NCBI GenBank assembly: GCA_043228905.1
Contig: JBHGNT010001043.1
Span: 1-12,669, forward strand
DNA length: 12,669 bases
Direction: 5' to 3'
From: Azolla caroliniana
Taxonomy: Eukaryota; Plantae; Polypodiophyta
In this document: positions 1 through 9,184 of the stretch, one piece after another
Layout of the letters: the number at the start of each line of letters is the position of its first letter
How positions within the stretch are numbered: position 1 is the first letter of the stretch
Translations under genes and position numbers: made by a program
Notes under the pieces: model-generated
The model's database searches: none
Told to the model about the DNA's origin: nothing
What the model saw: only the letters and a program-made list of their open reading frames with translations

Positions 1-67
1 ATGCTAATTACATAAATGGCCAAAACGGGATGGTGTGAATACGTCCATTATACACAGGTATTCGACA
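1..67 (-). repeat. 3' LTR of element 1 (partial)
   Basis: Identical to 5166-5232 (67/67). Begins TGTCGAA on the minus strand directly after the PPT. Confidence 0.96.
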
Positions 68-74
68 CTCCCCC
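68..74 (-). other. Polypurine tract of element 1
   Basis: Minus strand GGGGGAG abuts the TG start of the 3' LTR. Confidence 0.88.
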
Positions 75-260
75 GTAATGGGCGTATACATGGGTTATCT
101 AAGGTTACAGGTATAGACTTAGGTTCTCGGACATATCAGCTTTGTTCGAGTCGGCAGGGTCCGAAGGCAGAAGACCGAACTGGTCGGGTCGGAACAGTTG
201 AAGCCGATCATTAAGGAACTGATGTCGGTTGTCGGGAACCATCCTGCTCTGTGTCCGGCT

Positions 261-2087
261 CTAACCGGACTGGTTTGTCGTTACGCCCATCTGATGCCGA
301 AGAGACCGAAAACGGTCTGCCGAAAGACACTTGGTCATTCCATCTGCGACATTGTCGGTTGTGGATATTTTCTCTAGACCGATTTTCCCTGAAATGACGC
401 AGTCCCGAACGAAGCGATATCGAACATCGATATGTTTGGAGGCGTTGTGGTGAACCGGATTTTTCGACAAGGCAACAACACCTTGACTGTCGCTGTAGAC
501 AACTGGAGCCGAGTCATGTTCGACTTGTCGAAACGTGTGCGCCAGCCGACCGAGCCACAAAGCTTCTTTTGCTGCGTCGGACGCAGCTACATATTCTGCT
601 TCGGTCGTTGAGGTCGCTGTGCACTCCTGAAGTTTCGACTTCCACGAGATTGCTCCATTGCCGAATTTGAAGCAGTATCCGGTTGTTGATTTCCGACTGT
701 CTATACAGCCGGCGAAGTCCGAGTCGGTGTAACCGACTACGCCTGAGGTTCGGTTCGGACCGAAAAGAATGCCGTGATCTTTTGTGCCAGCCAGATATCT
801 GAACACATGCTTGACTGCGTTCCAATGCGATCGGCCAGGATTGTGCATAAATCTGCTAACGACTCCTACGGCATGAGAGATGTCAGGCCGTGTCGCGACC
901 ATCAGGTACATAAGGGAGCCGACTGCCGGTGCATACGGTACCGACTTCATATCTTCCCCCTCCGAACCGGATGTCGGGCAATCTCGCTGAGAGAGCCGAA
1001 GATTCATAGGGAGTGGGGTTGAAGCAGATTTGGCTGATTGCATGTTGAAGCGTTCCAAGACACGTCCGATATAGTCGGTCTGAGACAAAAAAAGATGTCG
1101 TTTATCGCGATGCCGACTAATCTTCATGCCAAGGATGTGTCGTGCCGGACCGAGGTCCTTCATGGTAAACTTCAACCGCAGTTGCCGAACGAGATCGGCA
1201 AGTTCGCCCGCGTGGCGTCCAGAAATTAGCATGTCGTCCACGTAAATGATGAGGAAGATGGGTGATCCATCTTGAGCTGTATTGGTGAAGAGACAATGGT
1301 CCTCATCGCTTTTGGAGAAGCCGATCGATTGGATGAAGTCGTCGAACTTCTTGTACCATTGTCGCGGTGCCTGTTTGAGGCCGTATAGACTCTTCCTGAG
1401 TCGGCAGACTAGATGTTCTTGGCCAGTTGCCACGAAGCCTTTTGGCTGCTCCATATAAATTTCCTCCTCGAGATCACCATGGAGGAAGGCTGTTTTGACA
1501 TCTAGCTGAATCAGCTCCAAGTTGTCGGCTGCCACGACGCCGAGCAGAAAACGAAGGGTTGTCATTTTCACCACTGGTGAAAAAATCTCGTCGAAGTCGA
1601 CGCCATATTCTTGTCGGAAGCCCTTCGCAACTAATCTGGCCTTGTACTTTGGGGTGGTCGAATCAGACGTCTCTTTTAGTCGATAAACCCACTTGCAAGG
1701 AAGAGCACGTCGGTTCCTAGGTAATTCGACCAGATCCCAAGTCTTGTTTGCACGGATGGAGTGCATTTCCGACTCCATCGCCAGATGCCAGGTGGCCGAA
1801 TCGACAGATGTCGATGCTTCTTCGTAAGACGTCGGTTCGCCGGCGTCGGTGAAGAAAATTCCAGGAGAATACCTCTCCGGAGGTTGCGACAGTCTCTCGG
1901 ATCGTCGAGGTATGATTGGACTGGTCGCATCGGGTATCGAGGTCGGATGGTCCGAAACCGAATCATTCGGCTGTGCCGAGTCAGAGTTGTCTGAGTCGGT
2001 AGTATAAGGTTCAGCTACCCGTGAAGCTGACCGTGTGTTGAGAGCGGGGCCTTCTTGAAGGGTCGGCACATCGGAGAATGTTACCCT
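261..2087 (-). CDS. pol: Copia pol, RT and RNase H portion (in frame with the upstream ORF after one TGA)
   Basis: Motifs KARLVAKGF, QLDVKTAFLHG, LYGLKQAPRQW, YVDDML; RNase H DSDFAG, TEAEY, SKHIDVRY, ADGMTK. Confidence 0.93.
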   Translation of the reverse strand, partial: RVTFSDVPTLQEGPALNTRSASRVAEPYTTDSDNSDSAQPNDSVSDHPTSIPDATSPIIPRRSERLSQPPERYSPGIFFTDAGEPTSYEEASTSVDSATWHLAMESEMHSIRANKTWDLVELPRNRRALPCKWVYRLKETSDSTTPKYKARLVAKGFRQEYGVDFDEIFSPVVKMTTLRFLLGVVAADNLELIQLDVKTAFLHGDLEEEIYMEQPKGFVATGQEHLVCRLRKSLYGLKQAPRQWYKKFDDFIQSIGFSKSDEDHCLFTNTAQDGSPIFLIIYVDDMLISGRHAGELADLVRQLRLKFTMKDLGPARHILGMKISRHRDKRHLFLSQTDYIGRVLERFNMQSAKSASTPLPMNLRLSQRDCPTSGSEGEDMKSVPYAPAVGSLMYLMVATRPDISHAVGVVSRFMHNPGRSHWNAVKHVFRYLAGTKDHGILFGPNRTSGVVGYTDSDFAGCIDSRKSTTGYCFKFGNGAISWKSKLQECTATSTTEAEYVAASDAAKEALWLGRLAHTFRQVEHDSAPVVYSDSQGVVALSKNPVHHNASKHIDVRYRFVRDCVISGKIGLEKISTTDNVADGMTKCLSADRFRSLRHQMGVTTNQSG

Positions 2088-4274
2088 TCAGACTTCGATC
2101 GGTTTTTCGACTGATGGATTCATAGCCGACTCGTTGAACACAACGTCCGAACTTCGAACGATTTGTCTGCGTTCGGGGTCCCAGAGTCGGTATCCCATTT
2201 CGCCGTCTGATCCATATCCAAGGAAAATGCATTTCCTGGACCGAGGTGCAAGTTTTCGGCGATCATCTTTCGGAATAAGGGCGTACGCCTTGCATCCGAA
2301 GATCCTCAGCTTGTCGTAATTCGGCTTGCTGCCGATCCATAGTTCCTGAGGAATTTGAAGTCCTAGAGGTCTACTTGGCGACATATTGATTATGTGTACT
2401 GCCGTGAGTAGAGCCTCTGCCCAGAAGCCATCCGACAGTCGGGAGTGTTGGAGCATGGAAACTATCCGTTCTTGGATTGTCCGATTCATTCGTTCTGCAA
2501 TCCCATTTTGCTCCGGACTGTGTGGTGCCGTAAATTCACGTCGGATGCCGCGTTGTCGGCAGAATTTGACGAATTCTTCGGATTTGAACTCTCCCCCATT
2601 GTCGGTCCGAAGGCATTTCAGCTTTCGGTCGGTTTGATTTTCTACCATAGCGAGCCAATCTGAGAAGATCGAGAAGACCCGATCTTTGGTGCGAATCGGA
2701 TAAGCCCACACCTTTCGAGTCGAATCGTCAATGAAAGTGACGAAGTAAGAGGCACCGCCTAGAGACTGATGCGGCATTGGGCCACAGACGTCCGAATGGA
2801 CTAAATCGAGAGGTCTCGTTTCTCTTGGTGCTGATGTCGGGTGTGATCGGGCTGCTTGTTTGCCATACTGGCAATGCTCGCAAAATTGATGGTCGGAGAA
2901 GGAGAGTTTGGGGATGTATCCGGCTCTAGATAGATGCGTGATGCCGGCCTTGCTGAGGTGTCCTAATCTTCGGTGCCATAGTGATGACACAGGAATATCC
3001 ACCAAAAACAGGTTACCCTCTCTGAGCGTAACATGTAACGGATACATGGAGTGTATCTTGGGTCCTCTAGCAAGCAGGAGGTTCCCCCTGTGGAGTGTCC
3101 ACCCTCCCGAAGAAAAACCGGCACAAATGCCGTCTTCATCTAGTTGTCCGACTGAGATCAATGGCCTTGAGAGCTCGGGTACATGTCGGACATTGTGGAG
3201 TACAAGTGTAGAGCCACCTGCAAGGTTGAGCTCTACTGTGCCGATTCCGATGATGTCACAGTGTTGTGAGTTGCCGACTCGAACTGAGTCGGAGTGACGG
3301 ATCGTATATTGCCGAAATTGGGATCTATGAGGAGTCACGTGAAATGACGCGCCCGAATCCAAGAGCCATGTGCTCGATTCTTCAGTCGTGAGCAGAACTT
3401 CGGATCCGACTGGATTTTCGATTGACAGTATATTCGGGTCGTCCGGTAGTACATCGGCCGAGAAGCTGACGTAATTGATCTCCTCATGCCGGCCACTCTT
3501 CTTGTTGTTCTTGTTCTTGAGTGCGCGGCAGTCGGCTTTGATGTGTCCGGGTTTCTTGCAATAGTTGCAGATTCGGTTATCCCGTGACTGGCTCCGTCTT
3601 CGCTGATTGTTCGGCGGCCGTGAGGAATCTCTTCCTCGTATGTTCGATCGGTCTGTCGAACCTTGTACTACATAAGCGTCGTCTGTTGAGTCTTTGGCGA
3701 AAGACTTTCTCCGAGCTGCTTCGGTCAGGATTGCGCTCGTGACTTCGGAGTATTTAACAGCCGTGGTTGACGCGTTGCACACGGTTGTGACGAAAGTTTC
3801 CCATGATGAGGGAAGGCTGCTCATGAGTATCATTGCTCTGAGTTCATCCTCGATTGCCGTCCCCTGTGACGAGATTTGGGAGCTTATGCTTTCGTACTCA
3901 TTGAGGTGTGCTTGGACCGAATCGGATTCTTTCATCTGCAAGTTGTAGAGGCGCCGGATCAGAAACATCTTCGTTGCGGCGACCTTCTTTTCGTAAGTGT
4001 CCGACAGTGTTTTCCATAGTTCGAATGCTGTCGTACACGATTGCACCGTAAAGTATACCGATTCCGATAGGTGCATCTGAATCGTGGCGCGGACGATTCT
4101 GTCCAGCTTCTGCCACTCAATTGGTTTGTATCCTTCTGGAGGTTCTTCATTTTCGATGGGATCGATTTGCCCCTTGACTATGAGATAGTCCTGCATTTGT
4201 TCCTTCCAGAAGTTGAAGTTCGATCCATCGAACTTTCGGAGACTCATTTCTGACGAGCCGGATGTTGATGCCAT
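2088..4274 (-). CDS. gag-pol: Copia gag-protease-integrase portion
   Basis: ATG at 4274. Zinc knuckle CNYCKKPGHIKADC; protease WLLDSGAS; integrase HHCC (WHRRLGH...CEHC) and DDE (HSDVCGP, RTDNGGEF, NGIAER); GKGY-type EMGYRLWD. Confidence 0.95.
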   Translation of the reverse strand: MASTSGSSEMSLRKFDGSNFNFWKEQMQDYLIVKGQIDPIENEEPPEGYKPIEWQKLDRIVRATIQMHLSESVYFTVQSCTTAFELWKTLSDTYEKKVAATKMFLIRRLYNLQMKESDSVQAHLNEYESISSQISSQGTAIEDELRAMILMSSLPSSWETFVTTVCNASTTAVKYSEVTSAILTEAARRKSFAKDSTDDAYVVQGSTDRSNIRGRDSSRPPNNQRRRSQSRDNRICNYCKKPGHIKADCRALKNKNNKKSGRHEEINYVSFSADVLPDDPNILSIENPVGSEVLLTTEESSTWLLDSGASFHVTPHRSQFRQYTIRHSDSVRVGNSQHCDIIGIGTVELNLAGGSTLVLHNVRHVPELSRPLISVGQLDEDGICAGFSSGGWTLHRGNLLLARGPKIHSMYPLHVTLREGNLFLVDIPVSSLWHRRLGHLSKAGITHLSRAGYIPKLSFSDHQFCEHCQYGKQAARSHPTSAPRETRPLDLVHSDVCGPMPHQSLGGASYFVTFIDDSTRKVWAYPIRTKDRVFSIFSDWLAMVENQTDRKLKCLRTDNGGEFKSEEFVKFCRQRGIRREFTAPHSPEQNGIAERMNRTIQERIVSMLQHSRLSDGFWAEALLTAVHIINMSPSRPLGLQIPQELWIGSKPNYDKLRIFGCKAYALIPKDDRRKLAPRSRKCIFLGYGSDGEMGYRLWDPERRQIVRSSDVVFNESAMNPSVEKPIEV

Positions 4275-4931
4275 CAAGTTCGGTTTTGGTTGACGAAGCT
4301 CGGTTCGGAGTTGACTACGAACCTTGTTGGAGTGCAGCCAGTTGGCTCACCCGATATCGTTCTAGTCGGATTTGAACCCGAGTCGGTTCGGCTTCGGAAC
4401 TTGCTCGAATTGACTCCGGTAACTTGAGGGACAGAACCGACTGGTCTTCCCGAATGTTGCCGAGTCGGAGTGAGCCCGGTTCGCTTCGGATATATATGCC
4501 GAATACCGATTATTGAAACCGATTATCTGGACCGATTCTGCTTCGGTTGACTGCAGCAACGAGAGAGACGGATCCAACTGATCCTCCCGAATGTCGATCA
4601 GCCAGATGAAGCACGAATTTGGGGTTGTTGTCTTGAGACCGATCTGCACCGAGTGGTTACAACGAGCGGCGAACAGCGTTCAATGACCTTTTCGGATGCC
4701 GTTTAACCGAGTGGAGCACGATCGTGTCAATGTTGCACAAGGGGATTTCACCTCGAGCGGTTGCGATCACAAGGAACGGAGTACAACCTGCTGGCTTACT
4801 CCAAGCAAGATAATCTAACGCGATGAGATGCAAACCTGGTTTTTCTTCTTCTTCTCTCTTCTTCGAATGACGCAGGAAACCGAATGCAGAGACGACGGCC
4901 GACAGCGGATTGAAGAACCGACTACTGTGCA

Positions 4932-4944
4932 GGCTCTGATACCA
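4932..4944 (-). other. Primer binding site (tRNA-iMet)
   Basis: Minus strand TGGTATCAGAGCC, 2 nt inside the 5' LTR end; the standard plant initiator-Met PBS. Confidence 0.95.
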
Positions 4945-5035
4945 GATGTTGGAAGCAATGTCGTCAGTGCGGAAGATCAAGAAGCACTCGATTCCTGTTT
5001 ATTCCCTGCGTATGACAGAATGTAGGTCGTTGCAC

Positions 5036-5059
5036 AGAGAGAGAGAGAGAGAGAGAGAG
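5036..5059. repeat. (AG)12 microsatellite inside LTR 1
   Basis: Read directly from the sequence. Confidence 0.95.
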
Positions 5060-5124
5060 GCACAAAAGAGTCTTTATTTCATAAAGCAAATAATACAACA
5101 ACCAACCTCACAAAGAGGTTACAA

Positions 5125-5144
5125 GGTCACTATATATAGTGACC
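5125..5144. promoter_or_regulatory. Putative LTR TATA box inside a perfect 20-bp palindrome
   Basis: GGTCAC-TATATATA-GTGACC, in the U3 position upstream of AATAAA on the minus strand. Confidence 0.65.
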
Positions 5145-5572
5145 GACTTAGGGCAACTGCCCTTTATGCTAATTACATAAATGGCCAAAACGGGATGGTG
5201 TGAATACGTCCATTATACACAGGTATTCGACACTTCATCTCCTTCTCCTTCTTCTTTTGCACCGGTCAAGCTAGCTTGTGAGTGTAAAGACTAATCAGGT
5301 ATTTTTCCTGAACACAGTTACACAAGTATTTGTACTTCTCATCCCAATTCTTTGACTCAAAAAAGTATATATGTTAGTGTAATCGTACATATTTATGTCC
5401 AATCGTTATTATATTGGGGTTTAGGCTTGAAATATTATCTGGTTATCTTTCTAAACTCTCAAGATCTACCATAATTTGGATTTGAATGGTTAATTAATAA
5501 TGATCATGTCTGTATTACCATCACTTGCCTGTCTTGATAGAGCTTCTTGCAAAATCAATGTATTTTTAGTAA

Positions 5573-5764
5573 CTATTTATTCCTCCTCAATTCATCCATA
5601 GCTTTCTTTATCCGATCCAAATCCTCTTGAGGAGCGCGTTTCTCTTTATCTTCTTTCAATGTCTTCTCATCTAACGCAATAATTTGCTCCCCGTTTGCTT
5701 TTGCATCAGCCACATTCTTTCTCTTTTCATCTTCGTCAGCATACATCTTTGCATCCTTCACCAT
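5573..5764 (-). pseudogene. HSP70/DnaK C-terminal helical lid fragment
   Basis: MVKDAKMYADEDEKRKNVADAKANGEQIIALDEKTLKEDKEK...LDRIKKAMDELR resembles the DnaK/organellar HSP70 MVxDAExxAxEDxKR... lid helices. No ATPase or substrate-binding domain is visible upstream. Confidence 0.68.
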
Positions 5765-6494
5765 CTTAACTAGCTTATTTATGCTTAGAATGGTATTATC
5801 TTCCTAGTGGATATATATTGCATTCATGTCAAAATGCTATAGCTCAATCTATCATAACAATCTCTTGGAGCCTTCCATAGAAGAGATTTATAGAACAAGT
5901 TAACAACCCAATCAAAAACCAAGGAAAAAGGGAGAATAGAACAAAAAAGAAAAGCATCATAAACCCAGATTTTGGATGCTAAGAAACCATGATTTTCTTC
6001 AGAGGAAACAACTGCTCCATTTTTGAAGTAAGAAATGCCATTTCTTGCGTCTACGAAACACATGTATTGAGTAGACAAGGCAATAGTTAAAGGCTATATT
6101 TTTTCGTACCTTGCCTTCATCATCAAGAACCCCTGCAACATAGCATTCATTAGTTGTAGTTGATGTGATATAAGATTTTCTTTTGCTCATCTAATTAGTC
6201 AAAGACATTCACAAGAAATAAACCTATAATGTGCAATATTGTTTCTTGAATATCTAAAGATCATCTTGGGTTGTTCACTGTGCATCTTATAAATAGGCAT
6301 CTTGCTCTAGAGTTTGCTCTAATCTCATGTTTGTAAATTAAATTTGCGTCCTATCTCTGTGTAATCATAAACCTTTGTTAAAAACTCCTCTGGAGAGAGC
6401 AAACTGGAGAGAACGAATATTTTTTGCTTTCCTAGTAGGTCTCTTTTGTACTCAGCATTTATTTACCTTGGATATGTAGATTGAGTAATATAAA

Positions 6495-7782
6495 TTTATG
6501 TGGTTTGTATCTAAGGGATAATCAATATGTAGATGCTCACACTGCTCTAGTACTTGGTCAACTAATACATCCATGGGTACTCTTACAAAACATTTATTAG
6601 AAAAACATCACATTAATAGCACCTCAAGTATGAACCCAATGTTTATGATCCAACATCCCTTAGATACATCTAAGCTTCTAATAACCCATACATTAGAGAA
6701 GAAAATTGATAGCTTTGTAACAAAATATATAATCACAGAAATGTTACGTCATGTCCAAGTTGCGTCCTTAGGTTTTAAACAATTCATACATGATGTCTTA
6801 CCAGGGTATGGGCTTAAGTCAACGCATACTTTAAAACAATCAATATGGCAAATGTATGTTGTCATTCGTCAAATAGTTACACTTGATTCACGTATTGCAA
6901 TTACATTTGATGGGTGGTCAAATAGTAGTTTGAAAGGATTTTATCCAATGACATGACATTGGGTATGTACAGAATCTACCAAGCCAATGTCTATACTCAT
7001 TCATTTCTTCCATGTATTTCCTGGTGATGGCGTACGTAAGCGTTGTGGTCAAGCTTTATTTATGCGTTTAAAATCCTTCGATATTTCTTCTCACATCTTA
7101 TCCATAACATCTAATGGTGCTAGTGATGTTATTATGGCCTCAAATGAGTTGGGTAGATTGTTACATGATATGCATGGAGATGATATTTTTCCTTCATCAA
7201 ATATGTTGAGATGTATGGTTCATGTATTTCAACTTGGTATTAAGGCTGCATTAGAGGTCATCTCAGCTTCCATTATGAAGTTGAGAAATATTTTGTTATC
7301 CATACGTTCTAGTAAAGTTCGTAGAGCTATATTTAGAAAGTATTCTAAATCAATGTATGAACATGGAGAGCGGGAGCCACCTTGTCTTGATATCATTGTG
7401 AGAGGAATTCCACCCTAGAAATGTACCAAGAAGCCTTGAAACTTAGAGATGTTTTAAGTTGCACTATAACCGACTCTATTATTGCTACAGATTTCGTTGA
7501 TAGTATGCTTACTATAGATGATTGGAACCACATACAAACAATGGAGCAATGGCTTCTTCTACCTGCTAGAATTTGTACCCTAGCCTCTCAATAGTTTCTC
7601 TTGCCTTCAATGGCATGTTATCACATTACAACAAGTATTTGGGAGTGGATGTGGAATCAATAGAATCTAGCTCAAGTAAGGCAACTCTTGAAGTGCAAGA
7701 AAAGGCTAGTGAGAAATGTTTACAATATTTGATAAGATAGCAAGAATCGTTGAAATCCATACCTTTCTTGATCCACGGCATG
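6495..7782 (+). pseudogene. Degenerate hAT-superfamily transposase
   Basis: BED finger WF...CSHC...KHLLEKH (from about 6500); first catalytic Asp in ITFDGWS; T*HW; ITSNGAS (second Asp changed to Asn); CxxH in RCMVH; R[W]NST broken by a 1-nt deletion near 7404; DDW; FLDPRH at 7764-7781. Stops at 6519 and 6954. The C-terminal catalytic Glu/dimerisation region and TIRs were not found. Confidence 0.9.
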
Positions 7783-8013
7783 GTACTCTATTAATATTTT
7801 TTTTCATACATAATAAATTGATTGCTATATTTTTTCTCATACATAATGTGTTTCATCTTCATATATGTTTTCAGAGTTCCAATATCCAATAACACAATTG
7901 AGAGGAATTTGGATATTGATTTGGTTCACAATGTATTGGAAAAAAATTATGTAGTTTATGTTCCAAACTCTATTGATGAGACACAAGAAAGAAATCTTAC
8001 AAAACAGGAAGAA

Positions 8014-8780
8014 TATCACTATCTCACTTTCGATGGCGTAGTTTACCAACAAATAAAAGGTACGGCCATGGGTAGCAACTTTTCAGTCGTATATGCATGC
8101 CTCTTTTTAGTATATCTCGAAAACTTACAACCATCGCCCCCCCATCTCTTCTACTTCACCTGCTATATTGATGATGCATTTGGGGTCTAGACAGGCACCG
8201 AATCTCAACTTTTAGAATATCTCGACTTTTACCTTTACACACAAATAACTCCATCAAGCTTATTATTCAAACTTCCCCCTTTAGGCTACCTTTTGTAGAC
8301 ATATGGATTAACCTCGAAAACTCATCATTTTCATTCAATTGTTTTCAAAAAACCTCTCAATTCATACCAATACTTGCCTTTTTCATCGGATCATCCTTCC
8401 CATACGAAACAACACTTTATCACTAATGAAGTGAATAGATATCTCATTAGAGAAAGCACCCCATTAGGTTTCTACCAAATGAAAAAACTCTTTTTCAATA
8501 GACTGGTTAACCGTGGTTACCCTCCGTCCTTTATACTAAAAAGCTATAAGAAAATAAACTACTACTTCACTTACCCCACAATCTTTAAACTTAGATACAC
8601 CAAACATACCCCAAAACTAGGAATTCATAGTTTTCTAAAAAATCTCTATAATGACTTAATGTTAGATCCCGGGCTTACAAGAATCTCACGCCCTTCGTAT
8701 GTTGGACAAAATCTAAGTCCATACATGCCCTCCTAGTTAAGACTAAGTTTTCAAAAAATCCACCAAAATCCCCCACTTAA
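8014..8780 (+). pseudogene. Penelope-like reverse transcriptase (palm C-terminus and thumb), disrupted
   Basis: Stitched across frames: YLTFDGVVYQQIKGTAMGSNFS...YIDDAFGV*TG...IKL...LPFVDIWI...FQK/PLNSYQYLPFSSDHPSHTK...RLVNRGYP...PFVCWTKSKSIHALLVKTK...*. The S.HP...K and RGYP thumb motifs are characteristic of PLEs. TAG at 8188 replaces Trp, and there are about three frameshifts. Confidence 0.88.
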
Positions 8781-8940
8781 AACTAAGCTTTCAAACAATC
8801 CACCCAAATCCCCCACTTAAGACTAAATTTTCGAACAATCCACCCAAATCCCCCACTTAGGACTAAATTTTCAAACAATCCACCAAAATCCCCCACTTAA
8901 CGCTAAGTTTTCAAATAATTCACCCACATCCCCCACTTAA
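8741..8940 (+). repeat. Tandem array, 5 x 40 bp
   Basis: Units start at 8741, 8781, 8821, 8861 and 8901; consensus GACTAARTTTTCAAACAATCCACCMAAATCCCCCACTTAA; no spacers. Confidence 0.96.
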
Positions 8941-9037
8941 TATTATACCGCCATCCTAAATCCCCCTTTTTCATCACATTAAGAACTCCCCCCTCACCAT
9001 CATCATTATACTCATTCCCCATCACTTTCCTACACAC

Positions 9038-9040
<3 letters not shown>

Positions 9041-9074
<34 letters not shown>
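9041..9074. repeat. (TC)17 microsatellite
   Basis: Read directly; a second (TC)6 lies at 9259-9270. Confidence 0.95.
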
Positions 9075-9078
<4 letters not shown>

Positions 9079-9184
9079 CCACATCCTATTCTATCTCATC
9101 TACTACACAAATCAAATCCTCCCCACTCTTCTTTCACTCCCTCTTCCTTCCCACCCCTTTATTAATCACATTCTCTTGTTGTAA

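Larger units (their letters stand above)
1..5232 (-). mobile_element. Ty1/copia LTR retrotransposon, element 1 (Tnt1-like); 3' LTR cut by the window edge
   Basis: On the minus strand the order is 5' LTR (4947-5232), PBS, gag-PR-IN-RT-RH, PPT, 3' LTR (1-67). Integrase lies upstream of RT, as in copia. Candidate TSD is CTTCA (5233-5237); its partner is outside the window. Confidence 0.97.
4947..5232 (-). repeat. 5' LTR of element 1 (286 bp)
   Basis: TGT...ACA termini, adjacent to the PBS, matches 1-67. Contains a TATA box, AATAAA (minus strand, 5073-5078) and an AG microsatellite. Confidence 0.96.

Noticed and set aside
514-4253. Many short alternative-frame and antisense ORFs over element 1
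   Set aside because: Shadow ORFs of a GC-balanced coding region with no recognisable motifs.
4362-5203. ORFs in the 5' leader and LTR of element 1
   Set aside because: They have non-ATG starts or cross the PBS, LTR or microsatellite, and show no domain features.
5233-5532. GC-AG intron (AG|GCAAGT ... TTCAG) joining the HSP70 fragment to an acidic tail exon
   Set aside because: The splice signals are plausible, but the joined frames hit stops quickly and miss the acidic frame.
6290-6480. hAT terminal inverted repeat and 8-bp TSD
   Set aside because: No matching partner end could be identified in the window.
7975-8000. Second hammerhead-like string TTGATGAG...GAAA
   Set aside because: The first core C is missing and no stem II can form between the two boxes.
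8741-8940. CRISPR array or telomeric repeat
   Set aside because: The units are contiguous with no unique spacers, there are no cas genes, the context is eukaryotic, and there are no CCCTAAA runs.
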